A stretch of 64,000 bases of DNA from Candidatus Dormibacteria bacterium (GCA_049521435.1 JBEKOU010000003.1:12688-76687); one strand, 5' to 3'. Positions 8,849 to 18,339 are shown, counted from the stretch's first letter. Notes: generated from the letters alone by a model not told the origin. Translations and numbers: made by a program.

Positions 8849-9412
8849 GTGCTGGGGGGGCGACCGCGACAACCCCACCGCGGTGGGCAGGCCACTGTGG
8901 AGTTTGCTCTCGTCTTTGGCGTGTTTCTCCTGGCACTGATGGCGATCCTCGACACCTGGATCTGGACCATCGAGACCGATGCCGCGGATGCATCCGTCGA
9001 ACAGGGCATCGGGGTTGCGATGTCGGCCCAGGGCTCCGCAACCAGCCTCACTCCCGCGCTCACCGATGTGTACGCGAACGTCCTTCCGCTCCTGCAGCAA
9101 CCGATGCTCGGGACGACCGTGGAGAACTGGTACGCGTCCAACCTCGCCGCGCTGCGCGGCGAGATCGGACCGAACGCATGCCCGACCGCCGACCAGGTGG
9201 CCGACTACTTCAACGATCTCCACTCGGGCTATGACGGAGTCGGGCACGTCGTCGTCTGCGCCGCCGACGACGGCGATGGCCACGTCACGGTGGCGATCAC
9301 CGGCTATGCCCTCTCCATGGTGCCGCCCGGCTTCGGGCCCTTCAACTGGCGCGGTTGGGGCCTCCCGATCTCAGAGACGGCCTCCGTCAACGTGGGCACG
9401 TATTCGCCATGA
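8849..9412 (+). CDS. TadE-like pseudopilin
   Basis: GGQATVEFALVFGVFLLALMAIL is the TadE/TadG N-terminal motif. Starts 1 nt after the upstream stop. Confidence 0.7.
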   Translation: MLGGRPRQPHRGGQATVEFALVFGVFLLALMAILDTWIWTIETDAADASVEQGIGVAMSAQGSATSLTPALTDVYANVLPLLQQPMLGTTVENWYASNLAALRGEIGPNACPTADQVADYFNDLHSGYDGVGHVVVCAADDGDGHVTVAITGYALSMVPPGFGPFNWRGWGLPISETASVNVGTYSP

Positions 9413-9918
9413 GAACCCGGCCCAGTTGGCGCCGCGGCCAGCGAGCACAGGCCGCCCTCGAGATGGCCCTGGTGCTCCCCGTCATGATCGTCATCGTCTG
9501 TGGATTCGTGGGGATGATGCTCGAGCTCAGGGCGGAGAACGAATTCCAGACGGCGGTCGATCTCTCGGCTCAGGCAGCGCTGGTGCCTCCACTCGGAGAT
9601 CAGACCGCCAGCCAGGCCGATTCCGCCTATGCCTTCTTGCACACTCTCAACCCGAGCGGCAGTGAGAGCGGCTACCTGACCGTGACCACACCGATCACCT
9701 GCACAGGCCCCTACCTCGAGGGGGAGATCGACCTCAGCGCCAGGGGCATCCCGGCCCCCGTCACCTGCACCGCCCAGGCCACGCTCAACTTCTCCGCAAC
9801 CCCGATCAGCGTCTTCTGGTTCTGGTCGATCCAGCTCAGTGCCACAGCGGACGCGTATCCGCCCCAGTACCGGCAGTGCCAGACCACGTCGGGCTCGACC
9901 AGTCCCTTCCAATGCTGA
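9409..9918 (+). CDS. TadE-like pseudopilin (second copy)
   Basis: ATGA overlap with the previous gene. RGQRAQAALEMALVLPVMIVIVCGF. Confidence 0.7.
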   Translation: MRTRPSWRRGQRAQAALEMALVLPVMIVIVCGFVGMMLELRAENEFQTAVDLSAQAALVPPLGDQTASQADSAYAFLHTLNPSGSESGYLTVTTPITCTGPYLEGEIDLSARGIPAPVTCTAQATLNFSATPISVFWFWSIQLSATADAYPPQYRQCQTTSGSTSPFQC

Positions 9919-10355
9919 GTCGCCGCCAGAGCCGGATCCGAGAGCACGGCCAGATCCTGGTGATGTTCGCCTTCTCGATGCTCTTCCTCATCGTGGGCAT
10001 GATCGCCGTGGCCGTGGATCTCTCCCAGCTGTACGAGGCGCACGTGCGCGCACAGGACGCCGCGGAGCAGGCGGCGGCGGCCGGAGCGAGCCAGGTCGAC
10101 TACGTCGCCGCCGAGAGCAGCGTTGCCTCTCTCCTGCCGTCCTTTGCCTCGGTCTGCAGCGGTGCCGGCGACGCCTTCAGCGGCGTCGTGGGCTCGACGA
10201 CGTGCACGAGCCCAGAGGGAACCGATGACGTGGTCGCGTCCGTCACGGTCCGAGCCTCGGTGGCTTTGCCACTCCCGTTCTTGGGCGGCACGTTCACCAT
10301 CGCAACGACGTCCACCGCCGCGCCCGTGGTGGGCGGACTGGCGCCGGTGGGATAG
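9912..10355 (+). CDS. TadG-like / pilus-assembly N-terminal domain protein
   Basis: ATG at 9912 overlaps the previous stop. EHGQILVMFAFSMLFLIVGMIAVAVDLSQLY resembles the Tad N-terminal domain of TadG-type proteins. Confidence 0.6.
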   Translation: MLSRRQSRIREHGQILVMFAFSMLFLIVGMIAVAVDLSQLYEAHVRAQDAAEQAAAAGASQVDYVAAESSVASLLPSFASVCSGAGDAFSGVVGSTTCTSPEGTDDVVASVTVRASVALPLPFLGGTFTIATTSTAAPVVGGLAPVG

Positions 10356-10473
10356 ACCTGGAGTCATCAGATCGCGGTGAGCGGCGTTCTCCCGGGGGCT
10401 CAAAACAGCGCCGACGCAGCGGCGAGGCACCTCTCCCATTGGGTCCGTCCCTGGCCGGGATAAGGTCCCGTAC

Positions 10474-10911
10474 TCAGTTGGGCGGGCTGGGTGGAGTCGC
10501 ACGTGCGATCACGGCCCGGTGCGAGGCCGGCACCAGCAATCCCAGAAGGCACGCCGCGGGCACCAGAGTGATGAAGACAGACCCCGGTAGCGTCGCGGAA
10601 AGAGCGCTCGAGAGCGACGACCATCCATGGGTCGGTACTAAGGCCAGCGCTCCGCTCGGGCCCCATATCGCCTCGGCGAGGCTGACACACCCCAGCAGCA
10701 GCAGCGCTGCCTGCAGCGCCACCACCACCCAGTACGCGGAAGGGCGGCGGGACGCAGCGACGGCTAGGCCGATCCAGAGCGCCATCGCCACAATCGCGAC
10801 GACGACGAGCAGGATGAGCTGGGTCCAACTCAGGGTCGAACCGCCCCAAACACTGTTCCAGAAGAGCACGACCGCCACAGTGGGCGGCCCCAAGAGGCCC
10901 TCCAGCACCAT
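10474..10911 (-). CDS. small integral membrane protein (about 4 TM), unknown function
   Basis: 145-aa ORF with good codon bias and hydrophobic segments (VAVVLFW, LILLVVVAIVAMALWIGLAVAA, YWVVVALQAALLLLGCV, FITLVPAACLLGLLV). Confidence 0.5.
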   Translation of the reverse strand: MVLEGLLGPPTVAVVLFWNSVWGGSTLSWTQLILLVVVAIVAMALWIGLAVAASRRPSAYWVVVALQAALLLLGCVSLAEAIWGPSGALALVPTHGWSSLSSALSATLPGSVFITLVPAACLLGLLVPASHRAVIARATPPSPPN

Positions 10912-11026
10912 GACGGAGCACGCGACCGTGAGGGGCCATGGCCGATCGGTCGCCAGTAGCCGGCCCGCACCGGGCAGCGGCCTCGGGCAGCCGGCACCTC
11001 ACCCTCGTCCATGGGCGGTCTCTCGG

Positions 11027-11242
11027 TCACGGGCGCCTTTCCTGCTGGAGCTGGGCAGCTTCAGGCGGAGACCAGGAGCTGACAGGACGCGGCGTCAGGA
11101 GGGCGTGCGCGCTGCGGCGCCAGCGATCGAGGTCGCACAGGTTCGGGTAGCGCCGAGCCAAGGGTGCGGTGGAGCATGCAGCGGGCGCCACAAGACCCAC
11201 CGCCACTCCTGTCTTGAGCCAGCTGTGGGCGTCGCTCGGCAT
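11027..11242 (-). CDS. possible 71-aa ORF coupled (TGATG) to the upstream membrane-protein gene
   Basis: The ATG shares its A with the TGA of the 127-aa ORF. GC3 is high. Sequence MPSDAHSWLKTGVAVGLVAPAAC.... No homology recognised, so this is weak. Confidence 0.25.
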   Translation of the reverse strand: MPSDAHSWLKTGVAVGLVAPAACSTAPLARRYPNLCDLDRWRRSAHALLTPRPVSSWSPPEAAQLQQERRP

Positions 11243-11625
11243 CACCCGTTCAAGAGTCCACAAGAAACGCCATTCCACAACAGGACGTCAACAGCTGCGA
11301 GGATCGACGCAGCCCCGAATATCGCAATCGAGAGCAGAGCGGACGTCGTCAATCCAGTCCTGCGCAGAAGCTGGGTACCTTCCAGCCCTCGCTCCGTGCT
11401 TCTCGCCCACGCCACCACCCAGTACATACCCACCGCGGCGGCCACGATCACACCGATCGAGCACCAGACGGAACCGGGAGAAGGGGTGGAGCAGTCATAG
11501 CTCCTCTTCTCCCAGGGTAGGGCAAAGGTTATCGCCGACCCCAGAACGAGCACGGCCACGTCCACGGCGAGCGCGTGCGGACCATAGCGAAGCCAACGTA
11601 CCCAGCCGCGCAGGACCTGCCGCAT
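11242..11625 (-). CDS. small integral membrane protein, unknown function
   Basis: ATG at 11625, 15 nt after the decarboxylase stop. 127 aa with ALAVDVAVLVLGSAITFAL, WCSIGVIVAAAVGMYWVVAWA and SALLSIAIFGAASILAAVDVLLW. It is the tail of track ORF 11242..12531. Confidence 0.5.
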   Translation of the reverse strand: MRQVLRGWVRWLRYGPHALAVDVAVLVLGSAITFALPWEKRSYDCSTPSPGSVWCSIGVIVAAAVGMYWVVAWARSTERGLEGTQLLRRTGLTTSALLSIAIFGAASILAAVDVLLWNGVSCGLLNG

Positions 11626-11639
11626 CCTGGTACCGACCC

Positions 11640-12998
11640 TCAGCCCATCAAGTGGACCAGCCGGTCGTGGAGCACCTCGACGAAGTCCTCGTGCTCGGGC
11701 TTCATGAGCACGCTGCGCAGGATGCGCACGTCCCTGCCCCCGGTCTCGATGTCCGGATGGCGGCGGTGGAGGCTCGCGGCGGTGACCCGCGCCACACTGA
11801 CGTAGACGGGAGCCTCGTCCGCCATCGCGCGCTCGAAGAGGCTCTGGCTGGCGGCGTCGACGTCCGCCCCCGTCATCCCCTCCCTCCAGGGGAAGTAGCT
11901 GACGATGTCCAGCTCGGGCCCCTGGTAGAGGCGGAGGTGCTCCGACCCCCCGATCAGGCGCGCGAAGCTCACCGCGGCCCGGCGGCAGGCTCCGAGGATC
12001 GCCCCCAGCCCGTCCGGGGTGAGCGGGAAGAGCTGGAGGGTCGTCCAGAGCGCCGCGGCGGCGGCTCCGGCCCGGGAGCACTCCAGCGAGATCTCGCCGA
12101 GGTGCAGCTCCGAGGAGGTGAAGTAGGTGTAGGGGGAGTCGTGGACGTAGAAGCGGCCCACCGACGGATCGCGGAAGAGCACGCAGCCGCAGCCGTAGGG
12201 CTGGAGGCCGTGCTTGTGCGGATCGACCACGACCGAATCGCACTCCGCGATGGCCCGGAAGGGTGCGGCGGGGATGCCGCCCGACCCGTCCCAGCCGAGG
12301 ATCGTGTAGAAGCCGCCGTAGGCGGCGTCGACATGAAGCCGAACCCCGTACCGCTCGCGCATCGAGAGCGCCTCGTCGATGGCATCGACCGCCCCCAACG
12401 CGGTGGTCCCGGCGGTGAGCACCACGGTGCCGATGGTGTCGGTCTTCAGCAGGTGCTCCAGGGCGCCGAGATCCATCCGCCCGCCCGCATCGGCGGGCAC
12501 CTTGACCCCGCGGACGCCGAGCAACCGGCACATCCGCTCGTGGGTGTAGTGGGCCTCCTCACTGAAGGCGACGGCGGTCCCCGGCCTCAGCTCGCGGGCG
12601 ACGAAGAGGGCCTCCAGGTTGGCGATGGTCCCGCTCGAGGTGAGGTGGCCGAGGAAGCCGGCTGGGTAGTGGAACATCGCGGCGATGGCCGCCACCGCCT
12701 CCCGCTCCAGCGCGGCGGTCGCCGGCCCCCCGTCGAGGGCATGATTGTTGGGATTGATGAGCATCGCCATCAGGTAGGCGGCAGCCGCCGCCGGATGGGG
12801 CGGCTTGAGCATCTGGCCGGCGTAGCTCGGGTGGAAGAAGGGGTAGTTGTCCCCCAGCCGCCGGCCCAGCTCCTCGAGAACCATGTGCGCGCGCTCCGAG
12901 CTGACGGACACGGAGGAGTGGGGGGTGACAGCGAGCCAGCCGGCCTCCCAGCGCCGCACCGCCTCGACGGCCTGCAGGCTGGCGGCGTCGAGGTCCAT
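11640..12998 (-). CDS. PLP-dependent (group II-like) amino-acid decarboxylase
   Basis: HLTSSGTIANLEALFVAR, LHVDAAYGGF and VVDPHKHGLQPYGCG (PLP-lysine motif) in a 452-aa ORF. Confidence 0.85.
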   Translation of the reverse strand: MDLDAASLQAVEAVRRWEAGWLAVTPHSSVSVSSERAHMVLEELGRRLGDNYPFFHPSYAGQMLKPPHPAAAAAYLMAMLINPNNHALDGGPATAALEREAVAAIAAMFHYPAGFLGHLTSSGTIANLEALFVARELRPGTAVAFSEEAHYTHERMCRLLGVRGVKVPADAGGRMDLGALEHLLKTDTIGTVVLTAGTTALGAVDAIDEALSMRERYGVRLHVDAAYGGFYTILGWDGSGGIPAAPFRAIAECDSVVVDPHKHGLQPYGCGCVLFRDPSVGRFYVHDSPYTYFTSSELHLGEISLECSRAGAAAAALWTTLQLFPLTPDGLGAILGACRRAAVSFARLIGGSEHLRLYQGPELDIVSYFPWREGMTGADVDAASQSLFERAMADEAPVYVSVARVTAASLHRRHPDIETGGRDVRILRSVLMKPEHEDFVEVLHDRLVHLMG

Positions 12999-13068
12999 GG
13001 GAAGGGAAGTCTACCGGGGCCGGCCGGGATCACCCGCCGAGGGCGGCCTTCCGCGCTCGCGTCAGGGT

Positions 13069-13097
13069 GGCCGGTCGGCGCCAGGCGCCGACCGGCC
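13069..13097 (-). terminator. very strong GC hairpin between the leader ORF and the decarboxylase (attenuator/terminator candidate)
   Basis: GGCCGGTCGGCGCC-A-GGCGCCGACCGGCC, with 14-nt complementary arms. It lies 45 nt after the leader ORF stop and 70 nt before the decarboxylase ATG. No U-tract. Confidence 0.4.
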
Positions 13098-13141
13098 GTC
13101 TCACTCCCCCCACCACCATTAGGAGGAGCGAGGAGGTGTGG

Positions 13142-13279
13142 CTACCGAACGCGGGTGACCAGCTCGGGGTCGTCCGCGGAGGGTTCCATGCACGGATGGC
13201 CGGCGCTCGGCCGACCGGGGAAGTGGACGGTGCCGGAGACGTCTGAGTCGGCACCGTGGAGGACAGGAGCGTCGTGCAT
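13142..13279 (-). CDS. 45-aa leader/short peptide ORF with a near-perfect Shine-Dalgarno
   Basis: AAAGGAGGAtgtATG, the strongest SD I saw in the window. MHDAPVLHGADSDVSGTVHFPGRPSAGHPCMEPSADDPELVTRVR, GC3 about 80%. The upstream extension to 13420 (track ORF) has poor GC3. Confidence 0.35.
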   Translation of the reverse strand: MHDAPVLHGADSDVSGTVHFPGRPSAGHPCMEPSADDPELVTRVR

Positions 13280-13584
13280 ACATCCTCCTTTTCCCGCCGA
13301 TGCGGTTGGCAGATGGATCGCTGTCCCGCTTCGCTTTTCGCGGCCGGGGGGCACCTTGGCCGCACGCATCTTGGGGACAGCGGCATCGTCGATTACGCGC
13401 GAATCCCAGCCACGTGTCAATCACCCCCACGGGTGATTTCGAAACCAGCTCGCACGCGCGATGTCCCACGCGAGGTGCCACATGGTCATGTCTGGCGCTC
13501 TTCGCGATGCCGGGATGAGGCGGACCTCAGACGGCGCCGAGCCGCCACGGGCCAGACGGCGGGCGGAGCCGGGAGACGGACCGC

Positions 13585-13612
13585 TTGACCAGATTCGGCA
13601 ACATGCTATAGT
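13585..13612 (+). promoter_or_regulatory. candidate promoter of the padR-ABC operon
   Basis: TTGACC, 16 nt, TATAGT, ending 12 nt before the ATG at 13625, in a locally AT-richer patch. ATGC-6 nt-GCAT dyad over the -10. Confidence 0.4.
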
Positions 13613-13624
13613 GCATTACGCAAT

Positions 13625-14296
13625 ATGTCGACACGCATCAACAGGCCGCCCCAGGGGACCATCGCCCTGACCGCGCTCGCCCTGCTCACCGAGCAACCCC
13701 TCCACCCGTACGAGATGCAGCGGCTGATGCACGACCGGCGCAAGGACTACGCCGAGGGCAAGATGCGGGCCCTCTACCGGGCCATCGAGGAGCTCGAGGC
13801 GGCCGGCTGGATCGAGCCGGCGGAGACGACCCGCGAGGGACGTCGCCCCGAGCGGACCGTGTACAGGATCACCCCGGAGGGGCACGAGGCGCTCGAGGAT
13901 TGGCTCCAGGACGTCCTGGAGCGGCCGGCCCGCGAACACCTGGTGTTCACCGCCGGTGTCGGCCTCCTGGCCTACCTCCCCCTGGACCGCGCCCTGGATG
14001 CTCTCCAGCACCGGGCTGTGGAGCTCCGCGCCGAGCTGGCCGCCCGCGCCGAGGCGTCCGCCGCCCTCACCCAGGAGATGCACCTCCCGCGGGTCGTCCT
14101 GCTCGAGGACGAGCACGAGCGGGCTCTGCGGGAAGCCGAGCTGCGCTGGGTGCTGTCGCTGGTGGAGGACATGCGCGCGGGCCGCCTCACCTGGGACGAG
14201 GAGAGCCTGCGCGCCCAGTTTGAGCTCATGCACGATCATGAGATGGCGCGACGACGACACCATCGCGGGCCGGTCCCCGAGCCCGAGCAGTCATAG
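13625..14296 (+). CDS. PadR family transcriptional regulator (with C-terminal extension)
   Basis: LLTEQPLHPYEMQRLM...MRALYRAIEELEAAGWIE...RTVYRITPEGHEAL is the PadR winged-helix signature. Confidence 0.9.
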   Translation: MSTRINRPPQGTIALTALALLTEQPLHPYEMQRLMHDRRKDYAEGKMRALYRAIEELEAAGWIEPAETTREGRRPERTVYRITPEGHEALEDWLQDVLERPAREHLVFTAGVGLLAYLPLDRALDALQHRAVELRAELAARAEASAALTQEMHLPRVVLLEDEHERALREAELRWVLSLVEDMRAGRLTWDEESLRAQFELMHDHEMARRRHHRGPVPEPEQS

Positions 14297-14319
14297 ACGT
14301 CCAGAGGGAGAGCCCACCG

Positions 14320-15267
<948 letters not shown>

Positions 15268-15301
15268 CCGAGACGTTTGCACACCAGATGGAGTACAGAT
15301 C

Positions 15302-16063
15302 GTGAAGCTGCTGCGCGACACCTGGCTGATGTTTGTCCGCTACTTCCTCATCTTCATCGGCAACCCGGCGTGGGTGATCATCGGCGTCATCCAGCCCGTC
15401 CTCTACCTCCTCCTCTTCGCCCCCCTGCTCAAGTCGCTGGTACACATCCCGGGATTCCCGCCGGGCGGCGCCTACAACGTCTTCGTGCCCGGCCTGCTGA
15501 TCCAGCTCGGCCTCTTCGGTGCGAGCGGCGTCGGCTTCGGCCTGATCGACGAGCTGCGCTCGGGCGTCATCGAGCGTTTCCGGGTTACCCCGGTCAGCCG
15601 CCTCGCCCTGCTGCTCGGCCGCGCCGGCCGCGACCTGCTCACCCTCCTCATCCAGTCGCTCATCCTGCTGCTGCTGGCCATCCCCTTTGGGCTCAAGCCG
15701 ACCCTCATCGGCGTGGTGGTGATGCTCGGCCTGGTGGCCCTCATCGGGCTCGGGATGTCCTCGCTCGCCTATGCGGCTGCCCTCGCCCTCAAGGACGAGA
15801 ACTCGTACGCGCCGCTCGTTTTCACGCTCTCACTCCCCCTGCTGCTCCTCAGCGGCGTCCTGCTCCCCCTGCAGCTGGCGCCCCAGTGGCTGCAGGACAT
15901 CGGCAAGATCAACCCGCTCTCCTACGCCGTCACCGCCGCCCGTGACGTCTTCAACGGCAACGGCGGCTCCATCGACGTGTGGAAGGGACTGGCGATCATG
16001 GCGGCGCTGGCCATCGTCGGGGTCGCGATCGGCGCACGGAGGTTCTCCCGGGCTATCGCGTGA
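15302..16063 (+). CDS. ABC-2 type transporter permease
   Basis: In-frame GTG at 15302 after the ATPase stop. Six hydrophobic segments, with the typical VKLLRDTWLMFVRYF start and INPLSYAV near the end. Confidence 0.85.
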   Translation: MKLLRDTWLMFVRYFLIFIGNPAWVIIGVIQPVLYLLLFAPLLKSLVHIPGFPPGGAYNVFVPGLLIQLGLFGASGVGFGLIDELRSGVIERFRVTPVSRLALLLGRAGRDLLTLLIQSLILLLLAIPFGLKPTLIGVVVMLGLVALIGLGMSSLAYAAALALKDENSYAPLVFTLSLPLLLLSGVLLPLQLAPQWLQDIGKINPLSYAVTAARDVFNGNGGSIDVWKGLAIMAALAIVGVAIGARRFSRAIA

Positions 16064-16130
16064 CACGCCGAATTGGCGTTCGAGAAGAGCCGTCGGGCTG
16101 GTCCCAAGTCTTTCCTTGGCCTCCCAGGTA

Positions 16131-16223
16131 GTAAAGGATATCGGATATCCTTTACTTATTAGCCGGAAGAAAGCAAGGATAGGCGCCCTGTTCCAAGGAA
16201 AGGATGAGCGTTATCCTTTCCTT
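16131..16223. promoter_or_regulatory. AT-rich operator-like region upstream of fic with two palindromes sharing AAAGGAT half-sites
   Basis: GTAAAGGATATC-G-GATATCCTTTAC (16131-16155) and AAGGAAAGGAT-7 nt-ATCCTTTCCTT (16195-16223). Further AAGGAT copies at 16175 and 16241. Confidence 0.45.
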
Positions 16224-16246
16224 AAGGCCAATCCTAGGGAAAGGAT

Positions 16247-17440
16247 GTGCGAGGCAGATACGAGCACCGGGTGTGGCAGTGGAACCCATCGATCTACGCC
16301 CCCTCCAAACACCGGAGGGGTTGCGAGTACGAAGCCTTTGTGCCTGAGCGGATCGCCGAGCTCGAGCCAGACCTGCCCGGTGCGGTGGCAGGAGTGGTCT
16401 CCGACGCGGAGGCGGCGATTGCCGAACTCAACCGCGGGGACAGGCTGGAGCTGCAGCCGCTGGCCCGTCTCCTCCTGAGGACCGAGTCCATAGCCTCCTC
16501 GAAGGTCGAGGGCATGCAGGTCGAGACACGGACGCTGGCTCGCGCCGAGGCCAAGCAGGAGGTCGGAAGGTCGATCGGGGCCGAGGCTGCCGGAATCCTG
16601 GCCAACATCGATGCCATGCAGCTGGCCATCGAGCGGGCGGTGGCAGCTGATGCCATCACGCAGGACGACCTCCTCGACATCCACCGCCGACTCCTGGCAC
16701 GAGCTCCCAATGCCAGCGCCATGGCGGGCAGGTTCCGGCAGGGCCAGAACTGGATTGGGGGAAACGACTACAACCCATGCGGAGCAGACTTCGTCCCGCC
16801 ACCGCCCGAGGAGATGCCCCCGCTCCTGGATGATCTCTGCCGTTTCGCCAACGACGATAGCCTGCCTCCACTGGTCCAGGCTGCAATCGCCCACGCGCAG
16901 TTCGAGACCATTCACCCGTTCGAGGACGGGAACGGGCGCACGGGCCGCGCACTCGTCCAGGTCATCCTGCGCCGGCGTGGACTGGCACCAACCTTCGTCC
17001 CACCGATCAGCGTCGCGCTGGCGAGAGACAAGGGGACGTACATCCGAGGCCTGACCGACTTCCGGGAAGGACTTCTCTCCCGCTGGATCGAGATGTTCGC
17101 GGCGGCCGCCGCTCGGGCGGCGACACTGGCCACGAGCTACGTGGCTTCGGTTGAGCTGCTGCAGGCGGGCTGGCGTGAACAAGTCCGATCGCGCTCGAAT
17201 CCGCGGTCGGACGCTGCGGCGTGGGACCTGATCAGGGTCCTGCCGGCGCATCCCATCATCACGGTGGCGGTTGGGGTGGCGGCCACAGGCAGGAGCAAGC
17301 CGGCAATCTCCAATGGGATCAGCGAACTCCAGAGCGCCGGTGTTCTCACATCGCTGACCAGCTCGCCCCGGAACCGCGCCTGGGAAGCCGCCGGACTCCT
17401 GGATCTCGTCGAGGAGGTGGAATCCGGCGACTGGGAATGA
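16247..17440 (+). CDS. fic: Fic family protein (class II, N-terminal inhibitory motif; AMPylase-type active site)
   Basis: HPFEDGNGRTGRAL matches HxFx(D/E)GNGRxxR. SSKVEG matches the (S/T)xxxE(G/N) inhibitory helix. The C-terminal part looks like a winged helix. Confidence 0.9.
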   Translation: MRGRYEHRVWQWNPSIYAPSKHRRGCEYEAFVPERIAELEPDLPGAVAGVVSDAEAAIAELNRGDRLELQPLARLLLRTESIASSKVEGMQVETRTLARAEAKQEVGRSIGAEAAGILANIDAMQLAIERAVAADAITQDDLLDIHRRLLARAPNASAMAGRFRQGQNWIGGNDYNPCGADFVPPPPEEMPPLLDDLCRFANDDSLPPLVQAAIAHAQFETIHPFEDGNGRTGRALVQVILRRRGLAPTFVPPISVALARDKGTYIRGLTDFREGLLSRWIEMFAAAAARAATLATSYVASVELLQAGWREQVRSRSNPRSDAAAWDLIRVLPAHPIITVAVGVAATGRSKPAISNGISELQSAGVLTSLTSSPRNRAWEAAGLLDLVEEVESGDWE

Positions 17441-17445
17441 CCGAC

Positions 17446-18294
17446 TCAGCTCACCTCAATGGGAGTCGTCGCCGTGCCCAGCACAGCGCCCGATGCCGAC
17501 GTAACGGTGAAGACCACGGAGTAACTCCCGAGCGGAGCGGTCACACAGGAGCTGGGCAGAGGCGTCGGCGTTGGCTGTGCCGGCGGTAGGGTGCCAGGTG
17601 CCAAGGTCGCGACAGGGATCTGGGTCGGGGTGGTGTATGGGAAGGGACACATCCACACCGCGAAGGCGTACCAGGGAATCTCGGCCATCCCACCCGACGG
17701 CACCTGAACGGCTGCATACGCGTGGGACGCTCCCGACCACCACGACACCGGCTGTCCCGAGGGATCCAGGATCGTGAACTCTCCGGTCAGAGCGGGCACC
17801 GCGCACCCGCCCGCAAGGTCCAGATAGCCGGTGAACCCCATGTTATTGCCGGGCTGTGCGTCCGGCAAACTCGGATCGCTGTCGTAATTGGGGTCATCCA
17901 CGTGCATGGCCTGCTCGTAGATGTGCGTCACGGGGGACGCGCAGTAGGTCGACCCCGGCTGCGGCGCGACCTGCGGGGGGGCGGAGATACCCGCGCCGTT
18001 GGCGGTGGGGGTGGAGGGCGCGGGGAGCGAGGAAGGCGGGCTGGACGGGGCGGGAGACGAGGAAGGCGGGGTGGAGGTGATCGGCGCGAGGGTCGACGTC
18101 GGTTCGGGCGAGCTCAACGTCGTGGTCGCTGCCTCCGCCTGGCTCGCCCGGGGAGCTGACGATCGGTGTTGTACCACGCTGATCGTGAGCACGCCCGCGA
18201 GGACGACAGCCAGGCAGAGAGATGCAAGCGCCTCTTTCCACCAACCCCTTCCCATGGGGGCGGATTGTCGCACGCGCCGCTGTCGGGTATCCAC
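17446..18294 (-). CDS. membrane-anchored or secreted Pro/Ser/Thr-rich protein, unknown function
   Basis: N-terminal anchor WWKEALASLCLAVVLAGVLTISVV, a PS-rich linker (TPPSSSPAPSSPPSSLPAPSTP), then a Cys-containing globular part. Confidence 0.5.
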   Translation of the reverse strand: MDTRQRRVRQSAPMGRGWWKEALASLCLAVVLAGVLTISVVQHRSSAPRASQAEAATTTLSSPEPTSTLAPITSTPPSSSPAPSSPPSSLPAPSTPTANGAGISAPPQVAPQPGSTYCASPVTHIYEQAMHVDDPNYDSDPSLPDAQPGNNMGFTGYLDLAGGCAVPALTGEFTILDPSGQPVSWWSGASHAYAAVQVPSGGMAEIPWYAFAVWMCPFPYTTPTQIPVATLAPGTLPPAQPTPTPLPSSCVTAPLGSYSVVFTVTSASGAVLGTATTPIEVS

Positions 18295-18339
18295 GTGTCC
18301 GCATGCGTCTGTCCCCCGCGGTTCCCCGAGGGGGTGCCG

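Noticed and set aside
10830-11030. 66-aa minus-strand ORF with a GTGA overlap to the 71-aa ORF
   Set aside because: Its second half overlaps the better-supported 145-aa membrane-protein gene in another frame, and the sequence is Trp/Arg/Cys-rich junk.
11169-13436. 755-aa plus-strand ORF. Similar long antisense ORFs at 20852-22633, 24090-25979, 32369-33745, 37320-38540, 48438-49814, 50386-52128 and 56767-58734.
   Set aside because: Each lies opposite a gene with clear family motifs (decarboxylase, NRAMP, kinase, CheA, dehydrogenase, permease, SBP, GltX) and shows junk-like composition.
13419-13438. TCACCC...GGGTGA hairpin shared with 50110-50125 as a possible miniature mobile element
   Set aside because: Only two short copies are present, with no terminal inverted repeats, target duplications or flanking similarity. 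I retain it only as a possible shared operator.
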